DNA of 64,000 nucleotides, from NCBI GenBank assembly GCA_043815185.1, contig JBDRJF010000001.1, positions 153,690-217,689 of the forward strand, given 5' to 3'. Both the position numbers and the translations under genes were made by a program. Under the pieces are notes generated by a model. That model searched no databases. It saw nothing but the letters and a program-made list of their open reading frames with translations, and was not told where the DNA came from. The stretch's first letter is position 1. Every line of letters begins with the position of its first letter. This DNA is from Candidatus Omnitrophota bacterium (GTDB taxonomy: Bacteria > Omnitrophota > Gorgyraeia > Duberdicusellales > 4484-171). Below are positions 54,858-62,712 of this stretch, one piece after another.

Positions 54858-55804
54858 AATTTAACCTCCTTGGAAATATCTTCTTGGTTTAGATTTAAGT
54901 CTTTCTGCTCAAGATTATCTTTGCTGAAAACAGGCCTCTGGCCAGTAGCCATAAAATCAATGAAAAGATCGGCTTGCTTTTTGGCAGCCTGATGATTGGT
55001 GGAGAAAAAAATCTCATTGGCTGCGTCTTTCCGATTTACATCGCCTAAGAGATAAATTCCCTCAAAATTGGTAAAAAATACATCCTGGGTTGAGACTTCT
55101 TCTTCGAAAAACTTAAGGTTAGAAATAAATCCACTATCAATAAAAACTAATTGGGAAGAGAAAACCATCAACGGCGATAGCTTAGCAGCCTTAACTACTC
55201 CTTCACCCACAGCTTCCTCAATAAAGGCATCGAGGTACAAAACAATCTTCTTCTCCTCTAAGGCATTGATTACCTTCTGCTTATCCTCCTCTAAGAAACT
55301 TAAATTAGCGCTGACTATTCTCACTTCTTTATCTAAATCGGCTAAAGCTATAGCCAGGCGTAACCCTAACCAGGTAGAAACATATACGCAAACTTCTTTT
55401 GATATCTTAAGCAAACCATTTAATTTAAGAGAATCGATTCCCGAAAGATAGAAAAATCCGTCGCGATGTTCGCCTTTAATTGGTAATTTCTTGGAAACTA
55501 AGCCGGAAGCGATAATCAAATTATCAAAATCACGGGGCTGGCCGTCTTTAAAAAAGAGCCTGCGGCGCCGGGGGTTAATCCGCTCCACCTGGGCAAGAAA
55601 AAAATCAACCTTTCTTGCTTCAGCCCACTGGTTTAAATCTATCCGCTGAGAAATATCGGCCGGTGAAGATATTATTGCCCGCCGGGGAAAAGAATAACTA
55701 TCCTTGTTAATAAGGGTAATATTACAGGTGATATTTCTTGCCCTAATCTTCTCAATTAAAGCCAATCCTGCCACACCTGCGCCTAAAATAGTGATGTTTT
55801 CCAT
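54836..55804 (-). CDS. FAD-dependent pyridine-nucleotide-disulfide-oxidoreductase-like protein, function unknown
   Basis: N-terminal Rossmann motif ITILGAGVAGLAL and C-terminal IYLLGDV. No redox-active Cys pair seen. I prefer the start at ATG 55804 (MENITILGAG); the ORF track extends to 55819. Confidence 0.6.
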   Translation of the reverse strand: MENITILGAGVAGLALIEKIRARNITCNITLINKDSYSFPRRAIISSPADISQRIDLNQWAEARKVDFFLAQVERINPRRRRLFFKDGQPRDFDNLIIASGLVSKKLPIKGEHRDGFFYLSGIDSLKLNGLLKISKEVCVYVSTWLGLRLAIALADLDKEVRIVSANLSFLEEDKQKVINALEEKKIVLYLDAFIEEAVGEGVVKAAKLSPLMVFSSQLVFIDSGFISNLKFFEEEVSTQDVFFTNFEGIYLLGDVNRKDAANEIFFSTNHQAAKKQADLFIDFMATGQRPVFSKDNLEQKDLNLNQEDISKEVKLWQSGLA

Positions 55805-55811
55805 AGTAAGG

Positions 55812-56657
55812 CTAACCATTTAAACTTAACTTATATGCTAATACTAAGTTATAGTAAAGAAACATTGTTGTTAGCTTCCCTACTCCTCCCGGAACAGGGG
55901 TAATAAAAGCTGCTCTTTTTTTAGCTTTATCAAATTCTACATCACCGGATATCTTGTTATCTTTATGTCCGGCTCCAACATCAATAACTATTGCTCTCTT
56001 TTTTATCCACTTACCCTTTATAAGGCCGGGTTTGCCAACAGCTGAAATTACAATATCAGCACTCTTAATATAAGCAGGGAGATCGCCCTCCTCATCTGTA
56101 GCAATGTGAGTGATGCTTACTGTTGCAAACTTACTACCAAGCCACAGGGCTAAAGGTCGGCCAATAAGAGGAGAAAAACCTACTAGAGCTACTCTCTTAC
56201 CGCGAAGTTTAACTTTACTCTCATCAAGCATTTCCATAACACTTAACACTGTAGGGGATATAAATCGCGGTTGACCAAGAAAAAAACTTCCCAGATTAGC
56301 CGGATGCATCCCTTCAATGTCTTTTTTCTCATCCAGCAGAGAAAATACATCTGTATCATTCCATTCCGGAGAAAAAGGTTTATTAAGAATTATGCCGGTT
56401 ACTCCCTTATTATTATTCAATCTTCCAATTTCAGCCTTAAACTCTTTAAAGGGAAAATCTGATTCTCGATCGAAAGGACGATACTCAATTTTTAATTCTT
56501 CAGCTAACTTTTCCTGGGCCAAGCGATAGCTTTTAGCTGAAAGATCCTGTCCTATGGCTACTGAGGCCAGGCATAGCTTAGGCAGATCATCTAGCTTTAT
56601 TTTAATTTCAGCTAGTAAAAAATCATATTTCTTTTGGGCATCGAAAATTATCGCCAT
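55812..56657 (-). CDS. folD: bifunctional methylenetetrahydrofolate dehydrogenase / methenyl-THF cyclohydrolase
   Basis: 281 aa with VGFSPLIGRPLALWL and TPVPGGVGKLT. Confidence 0.9.
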   Translation of the reverse strand: MAIIFDAQKKYDFLLAEIKIKLDDLPKLCLASVAIGQDLSAKSYRLAQEKLAEELKIEYRPFDRESDFPFKEFKAEIGRLNNNKGVTGIILNKPFSPEWNDTDVFSLLDEKKDIEGMHPANLGSFFLGQPRFISPTVLSVMEMLDESKVKLRGKRVALVGFSPLIGRPLALWLGSKFATVSITHIATDEEGDLPAYIKSADIVISAVGKPGLIKGKWIKKRAIVIDVGAGHKDNKISGDVEFDKAKKRAAFITPVPGGVGKLTTMFLYYNLVLAYKLSLNG

Positions 56658-57160
56658 CTTTTTAAAGATTTTTTAAAAGGGCCGATAAATTTGCTTCTTT
56701 TCCCAAACATTTTTTCATTTGCCTCTAGGTTTAAAACACACCCTAGGAGAGCTATCCTTGCACACTCCAGCCCAATGTTGAAGTCACTAATTATACTCTT
56801 TTTTATACCAGATTCTACCCCTTTAGCAAGAGAAAAGACTTTTAAAGAAGCCCGGGCCAAGTCAATAATCAAACTCTCGCTTTGCCTTATCAATTGGGCT
56901 CTCTTGGCTGCCTTCGAACTTATGATTTTGGCAAAAATAAGGCTATCCTTATCAATATTAGGGTAGATCTTCTCACCTAAAGCTTGTAGTTTTTTTAATT
57001 GTTTTTTGAACTTGGCCGGAGAGGAAAAATTGATTGCTTTTTCGATCAGGCTAAGACCGGTGCAGAAAATCAAAGCAACCGCACTGCCGCCGCCGGGAGC
57101 CGGTTTAGGCTTACCCAAATCATCTAAATATTTCTTAAAGCCAGCCCGGTAATGTTTCAT
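56648..57160 (-). CDS. cyclodeaminase/cyclohydrolase family protein (FtcD C-terminal domain / FchA-like)
   Basis: 170 aa, all-helical, with the hallmark PAPGGGSAVAL near the N-terminus. Overlaps folD by 10 nt. Confidence 0.7.
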   Translation of the reverse strand: MKHYRAGFKKYLDDLGKPKPAPGGGSAVALIFCTGLSLIEKAINFSSPAKFKKQLKKLQALGEKIYPNIDKDSLIFAKIISSKAAKRAQLIRQSESLIIDLARASLKVFSLAKGVESGIKKSIISDFNIGLECARIALLGCVLNLEANEKMFGKRSKFIGPFKKSLKRWR

Positions 57161-57161
57161 C

Positions 57162-57740
57162 CTAACCCCCTAAAAGTTTGCTGCGCTTACAAGGAGAAAA
57201 ACTGCGGCGATGAAAAGGCGTTAAAGCCTGTTTTTCAATCAAGGAAAAATGTTCTGCTGTAGGATAACCTTTATGCTGGATGAAATTCCACTGAGGATAT
57301 AAAAAATCTAATGAATTCATTAAATAATCTCTTACCACCTTAGCTATAACCGAAGCGCAGGCTACCTCTTTAACTTGGCAATCAGCCTTCGGCCTACAGA
57401 TGTATTTCAATCTTAAATCACTGCGAAAATGATTACCGTCAACAATAAAGGTGGCTTTTTTTAACTTCGGGGATTTGGCTAAAAGTTTCTTGATGGCCCG
57501 GTTGAAAGCTAAAAAAGTTGCTTCCAGGATATTAAGCTTATCTATCTCCCGATTATCAGCCAGGCCGACCCCAAAAACAGCGCCAGAGGCAAGCCAAGCA
57601 AAAACTTCATCTCTCTTTGCTGATGAAAGACTTTTGGAATCTCTCAGGGCAAAAGGAGGGGTTTTGCGAAGATACAAAGCGCAAGCCACTACTGCCCCGG
57701 CTAATGGCCCTCTTCCTGCTTCATCCAACCCCACTACCAT
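57162..57740 (-). CDS. rnhB: ribonuclease HII
   Basis: 192 aa with VVGLDEAGRGPLAGAVV. Confidence 0.9.
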   Translation of the reverse strand: MVVGLDEAGRGPLAGAVVACALYLRKTPPFALRDSKSLSSAKRDEVFAWLASGAVFGVGLADNREIDKLNILEATFLAFNRAIKKLLAKSPKLKKATFIVDGNHFRSDLRLKYICRPKADCQVKEVACASVIAKVVRDYLMNSLDFLYPQWNFIQHKGYPTAEHFSLIEKQALTPFHRRSFSPCKRSKLLGG

Positions 57741-57752
57741 CTTTTTAATTAT

Positions 57753-58100
57753 TTAGGCTAAGAGTGCTTTTTTACCTATTTTTTTCCTCAAATAATATAA
57801 GCGCTTTCTGCGCGGGTTGCGGCGCCCGGATTTTATCATCTCAATTCTATCGATGTTGGGCGAATAATAGGGAAAGGTTACTTCATAAGCCTCACCGTAA
57901 GCTATACGTCTAACTGTAAAAGATTTACGATGCATTGCTCCCTGAATCTTTATTACTACCCCCTCTACCGGGTGTAATCTGATCTTATCCTTTTCTCGGA
58001 TTTTGTAATAGATTTTTATAATGTCTCCCTGTTTAAAACCAGGATACTCCTTTTTTAAAGCATCCTTTAGTTCCTTCTCCACCATCATTAACTTATCCAT
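57753..58100 (-). CDS. rplS: 50S ribosomal protein L19
   Basis: 115 aa with FKQGDIIKIYYKI.E...R...EGVVI and SFTVRRI. Confidence 0.95.
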   Translation of the reverse strand: MDKLMMVEKELKDALKKEYPGFKQGDIIKIYYKIREKDKIRLHPVEGVVIKIQGAMHRKSFTVRRIAYGEAYEVTFPYYSPNIDRIEMIKSGRRNPRRKRLYYLRKKIGKKALLA

Positions 58101-58134
58101 TTTTACCTCCTGACTCCCTGATTAGGGTTTAACC

Positions 58135-58833
58135 TCAACTATTTAATAAATCCGGCCTTTTCCTTTTGGTAACCTCCCAGGCTTTTCTTTCCCGCCACTT
58201 CTTAATCTCTTGATGATCTCCTGAAACCAAGATTTTGGGAACCCTCAGGCCCCGAAAATCAGCTGGCCTGGTATAGTGGGGAAAATCTAACCCTGAACCT
58301 TCAAAGCTCTCCTTTTTTATCGACTCCTTATCAGAAACAACACCGGGGATAAGCCGGCATAAACAATCAATAAAGACCATTGAGGCTAATTCACCGCCGC
58401 TTAAAATATAATCCCCCAAGGAAATCTCTTCCTCAGCTAAGTGCTTCCTGACTCGTTCATCTACGCCTTCATAACGCGGGGCCAGAAGAACCAAGTGTTC
58501 ATAATTTAAGAATTCTTTAACCCTCCTCTGATTTAAAGTTTTCCCCTGAGGGCTAAACAGAATTACCTTCTTATTTTTATCCTTTCTTTTTTTAGGGTAA
58601 ACCGGATAACCTAAGATCGTCTCAACCGCCCTGAATAACGGTTCAGTCCTAAAAACCATTCCTCCGCCGCCATAAGAAGGTGCATCTACTTTTCGATGCG
58701 GAATATCGGCAAAATCACGAAGGTTATGAATATTTATCTTAACCAGCCCTTTACTTTGGGCTCGCTTAATCATTGCCTCACCCAATACCTGAGAACACAC
58801 TCGGGGGAAAATCGTAATCAAATCAATTATCAT
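58135..58833 (-). CDS. trmD: tRNA (guanine37-N1)-methyltransferase
   Basis: 232 aa with IIDLITIFP, YEGVDERV and SLGDYILSGGE. Confidence 0.9.
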   Translation of the reverse strand: MIIDLITIFPRVCSQVLGEAMIKRAQSKGLVKINIHNLRDFADIPHRKVDAPSYGGGGMVFRTEPLFRAVETILGYPVYPKKRKDKNKKVILFSPQGKTLNQRRVKEFLNYEHLVLLAPRYEGVDERVRKHLAEEEISLGDYILSGGELASMVFIDCLCRLIPGVVSDKESIKKESFEGSGLDFPHYTRPADFRGLRVPKILVSGDHQEIKKWRERKAWEVTKRKRPDLLNS

Positions 58834-59950
58834 TATCTCCTGTCGATCTAAATTTATCTAAAAAATCTTTTTTAAACTTCAACAACTCTCCGCTCTCTAT
58901 AGCCGCTCTGATTTTTACCATAAAATCTTTATACCAAAACACATTGTGATAGGTAACCAATTGAACCCCTGACATCTCCTTTACATTTATAAGGTGCCGA
59001 AGATAAGCCCGGGAAAAGTTACCGCAGGTATAACAGGAACAATCTTGATCCAAAGGTTCCTGATCCTGGCTATAGGCGGCGTTTCTTACGGTAATCTCAC
59101 CCCGGCTGGTGAAGGCTGTACCGGTGCGGCCAAAGCGCGTAGGCACAACACAATCAAAAAGGTCTACGCCTAAACTAACTGCCTCGAGAATATCCTCGGG
59201 CTTCCCATAACCCATAAAATAACGTAAATGCTTCTCAGCGACCTTATCATTGATAAAAGAGAGAATATTATATCGTAAATCTACGGGTTCGCCAACACTT
59301 AAGCCTCCGATACATAAAGCCTCTAAACCTAAAGCCAGAAGCCTCTCAATGCAGGCACCTCGCAGGTCTTGGTAGGTCGAACCCTGAATAATTCCCCAGA
59401 AAAGGCGGTTGCCTCTATTATGCTGATCAAAATAATCCTTACCGCGGCTAGCCCAATCAAGGCTTCGCTCCATTGCTTTGCGGGCCCGCTCATAAGAGGT
59501 AGGATATTTAACACACTCATCTAAAGGAACAACAATATCGGAACCTAAATCAAGCTGAATCCTAATTACCTCCTCAGGGGTTAAAAAAAATGGTTTTCCG
59601 TCAATATGGGATTGAAACTCAACCCCTTGGTCACTAACCTTACGTAATCTCTCTAAACTAAAAATCTGATATCCACCGCTATCACTAATAATTGTTTTAT
59701 TAAACCCCATAAAGGAGTGCAAACCTCCGGATTTTTTTATTACCTCAACACCCGGTCTTAAAAATAAATGGTAAGCATTAACTAACAAACCATCGATGCC
59801 TATCTCCTGAAGCTGTTGAGGAGAAAGGCCCTTAACTGTAGCTTGGGTAGCCACCGGAAAAAAACAAGGAGTGCTAAACTCATTGCTTTGAGTTTTAAAA
59901 ACTCCTAATCGAGCTTTAGTCCCTGTATCTTTTTTGATTATCTTAAACAT
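58823..59950 (-). CDS. tgt: queuine tRNA-ribosyltransferase
   Basis: 375 aa with FFPVATQATVKG, SDSGGYQ, and the Zn site CSCYTC...H. Confidence 0.9.
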   Translation of the reverse strand: MFKIIKKDTGTKARLGVFKTQSNEFSTPCFFPVATQATVKGLSPQQLQEIGIDGLLVNAYHLFLRPGVEVIKKSGGLHSFMGFNKTIISDSGGYQIFSLERLRKVSDQGVEFQSHIDGKPFFLTPEEVIRIQLDLGSDIVVPLDECVKYPTSYERARKAMERSLDWASRGKDYFDQHNRGNRLFWGIIQGSTYQDLRGACIERLLALGLEALCIGGLSVGEPVDLRYNILSFINDKVAEKHLRYFMGYGKPEDILEAVSLGVDLFDCVVPTRFGRTGTAFTSRGEITVRNAAYSQDQEPLDQDCSCYTCGNFSRAYLRHLINVKEMSGVQLVTYHNVFWYKDFMVKIRAAIESGELLKFKKDFLDKFRSTGDNDN

Positions 59951-59958
59951 CCTCTTGT

Positions 59959-60984
59959 TTAAAAAAGTTCTTTTTGAGTCTGCTCTTTATAAGGAATGTT
60001 TAAGCAACGGTAGGATAATTCTGCGGCCACTCTGCCTCGGGGGGTACGGATAATCAGTCCCTCTTTAAGTAAATACGGCTCCACAACATCTTCTAAAGTC
60101 AATCTATCCTCATGTAAAGCTGCTGCTATAGCTTCAATCCCTGCCGGGCCCCCATGATAAAGGTTAATTATTGTCAAAAGGTATTTACGGTCTAAATCAT
60201 CAAGCCCCTGGCTGTCTACACCTACTTTTGCTAAAGAGTCCCGGGAAATCTTAATATCAATTATACCCTCACCCACGACTTGAGCATAATCGCGCACTCT
60301 TCTTAAAAGCCGATTGCATAACCGAGGAGAACCCCGGGAACGTCGGGCAATTTCCAGGGAACTCTCCTGATCAATTTCAATGCCTAAAAGACCGGCGCTC
60401 CGCTTTACAATAGTTGAAAGTTCATCTGGCCGATAAAAATCAAAGTCAAAGAATAATCCGAATCTGCCCCGCAGGGGTGCACTTAATAAACCTTTACGGG
60501 TGGTCGCACCGATAAGAGTAAAAGGCTTAAGGTTAAACTTAACACTTTTAGCATAAGGTCCTTTATCGATAATAAAATCTATCTGAAAATTTTCCATTGC
60601 CGGATAAAGGAACTCCTCTACAACTCTTGAGAGACGGTGGATCTCGTCAATGAATAAAATATCTCCAGCTTCCAGATTGGTTAAAACTCCTACCAGATCT
60701 CCGGCTCGCTCTATGGCCGGGCCGCTGGTAGCAGTAAGTTTTGCTTTCATCTGATGAGCAACACAGAAAGCTAAGGAAGTCTTGCCTAATCCCGGGGGTC
60801 CGGCAAGAAGCAGATGTTCTAAAGGTTCGGACCGCTTTTTGGCTGCTTCCAGGGAAATATCTAATGAAGCAATAATATTTTTCTGTCCTAAGAATTCCTT
60901 TAAATTCTTAGGCCGGAGGGAAAGATTAATAACCTGTTCTTCCTCACTCTCTTCCCGATAATTAGCGAGTCTCTCTTCGTCCAT
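59959..60984 (-). CDS. ruvB: Holliday junction branch migration helicase RuvB
   Basis: 341 aa with LRPKNLKEFLGQ, GPPGLGKTSLA and DEIHRL. Confidence 0.95.
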   Translation of the reverse strand: MDEERLANYREESEEEQVINLSLRPKNLKEFLGQKNIIASLDISLEAAKKRSEPLEHLLLAGPPGLGKTSLAFCVAHQMKAKLTATSGPAIERAGDLVGVLTNLEAGDILFIDEIHRLSRVVEEFLYPAMENFQIDFIIDKGPYAKSVKFNLKPFTLIGATTRKGLLSAPLRGRFGLFFDFDFYRPDELSTIVKRSAGLLGIEIDQESSLEIARRSRGSPRLCNRLLRRVRDYAQVVGEGIIDIKISRDSLAKVGVDSQGLDDLDRKYLLTIINLYHGGPAGIEAIAAALHEDRLTLEDVVEPYLLKEGLIIRTPRGRVAAELSYRCLNIPYKEQTQKELF

Positions 60985-61015
60985 AAATCCAGCATTAATT
61001 ATTAACTATCAATCG

Positions 61016-61726
61016 TTAATACTTCGAGGCAAAAAAACTCTCTCTGCGGGCAATTAAAATCGGGCCAAATAATTCTTCCTGAATAGTAGCTATCTCTCTT
61101 AATTTTATCAACTCCAGGATAGCTAAGAATGTCACCACTATTTCTAACTTATTCTTAGCTGCGGAAAATAGTTCTTCCAGTGAAACCTTCTCTTGCGCTA
61201 AGAGAAGGTGCAATAAATCATGAATTTTTTGCTCTACTGTAAACTCATCCTTAACTACTTCAAAGAAAATATCCTTAGGAACTTCTTTAAGGGCGTTCTT
61301 AAAAGCACTGATAAGGTCAAATATTGAAGCTTCAATGAAAACTTCACCGGCCGGAGTCTCAAGAGGCGGCCGTTTAAAATAGCGGTTCCGTTCTGCTTCC
61401 TTATCCCTTAAGAATTCTGCTGCTTCTTTAAACTTCTCGTATTCAAGAAGTTTCCTCACCAGCTCATCCCGAGGGTCAACTTCTTCTTCTTGAGGTTCTT
61501 CTGCCCGAGGAAGAACCATTTTGGATTTAATACTGATTAAATTTGCGGCGGTAACCAGATACTCCGAAGCAAGGTTGATATCTAAGAGTTTCATTAACTC
61601 CAAAAATTGCAGATACTGCTCGATAACTTGAGCTATTGGTATATCGTAAATATTAAGATGATCCTTCTTAATCAGGTAGAGGAGCAAATCCAGAGGCCCT
61701 TCAAAAATATCTAATCTTATCTTCAT
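61016..61726 (-). CDS. scpA: segregation and condensation protein A
   Basis: 236 aa with the kleisin N-terminus FEGPLDLLLYLIKK. Confidence 0.8.
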   Translation of the reverse strand: MKIRLDIFEGPLDLLLYLIKKDHLNIYDIPIAQVIEQYLQFLELMKLLDINLASEYLVTAANLISIKSKMVLPRAEEPQEEEVDPRDELVRKLLEYEKFKEAAEFLRDKEAERNRYFKRPPLETPAGEVFIEASIFDLISAFKNALKEVPKDIFFEVVKDEFTVEQKIHDLLHLLLAQEKVSLEELFSAAKNKLEIVVTFLAILELIKLREIATIQEELFGPILIARRESFFASKY

Positions 61727-62712
61727 AATCCTAAGACTTTCTTAACTTCACCCAGTGTTTGTTGAGCATGCCTTTTAGCTTTCTTTGCGCCGGCATCTAA
61801 AATATCTCTTAAATAATTCTTCTTTTTCAATATCTTCCTTTTTTCTTCTCGCCGGGGAGCGATAAACTTCTCTAAGATCTTAGCCAGTTCTAGTTTACAC
61901 TCCCGGCAACCCCGCTTAGCTTCGGTACACTCCTGATAAAGGTAAGACTCCTGCTTAGGGTTAAAGATCGAGTAGCAATTAAAGACATTGCAAACATCGG
62001 GATGACCAGAATCATTCCTCCGCTTACGATCCGGATCGGTAAACATTGAAAGAACTTTACGCTCTAAGCTAGCTGCTGGCTCAGAAAGTCCAATGAAATT
62101 ATTATAACTATTACTCATCTTTCTCCCGTCCAAGCCTAAGAGACGCGGTACAGAAGTAAGTAAGCCTTCGGGTTCTGGGAAAACTTTACGCCGGTAAGTA
62201 AAATGGAAACGCCGAACGATTTCCCGGCATAGCTCCAGATGCGGCAGTTGGTCTTCACCTACCGGGACAAAATTAGCTTTATATAAAAGAATATCTGCAG
62301 ACTGTAAGACCGGGTAACCTAAGAAAGCATGGGTATTTATATCTTTACCCTTTAACTGGGCGATCTGTTCCTTAAAAGTCGGGCAGCGGAATAACCACCC
62401 CAGAGGCACCAGGGTTGAAAAAATCATATATAGTTCTAAATGCTCCGGTACCTCAGATTGGATAAAAATAACACTCTTTTTAGGATCTACTCCGTAAGCT
62501 AGCCAGTCGCTGGCATTATCGAAAATAGACTCTTTAATGATTGAGGAATTTTTATACTCACTCATAAAGGCATGCCAATCAGCCACCATAAAAAAACATT
62601 TATACTTATCCTGCAGTTTAATCCAATTAGATAATGCTCCTACCCAATGCCCCAGGTGCAACTTACCGGTAGGCCTGATTCCGCTTAAAATTATTCTTTC
62701 TCTTGAGCTCAT
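61723..62712 (-). CDS. trpS: tryptophan-tRNA ligase
   Basis: 329 aa with the HIGH-type motif TGKLHLGHWVG and the KMSKS-type motif RKMSNSY. Confidence 0.9.
   Translation of the reverse strand: MSSRERIILSGIRPTGKLHLGHWVGALSNWIKLQDKYKCFFMVADWHAFMSEYKNSSIIKESIFDNASDWLAYGVDPKKSVIFIQSEVPEHLELYMIFSTLVPLGWLFRCPTFKEQIAQLKGKDINTHAFLGYPVLQSADILLYKANFVPVGEDQLPHLELCREIVRRFHFTYRRKVFPEPEGLLTSVPRLLGLDGRKMSNSYNNFIGLSEPAASLERKVLSMFTDPDRKRRNDSGHPDVCNVFNCYSIFNPKQESYLYQECTEAKRGCRECKLELAKILEKFIAPRREEKRKILKKKNYLRDILDAGAKKAKRHAQQTLGEVKKVLGL

Noticed and set aside
59329-59520. A 63-aa minus-strand ORF inside tgt, in another frame.
   Set aside because: It is fully nested in the well-conserved tgt coding sequence and has no motif or ribosome-binding site. 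It is a frame artefact.
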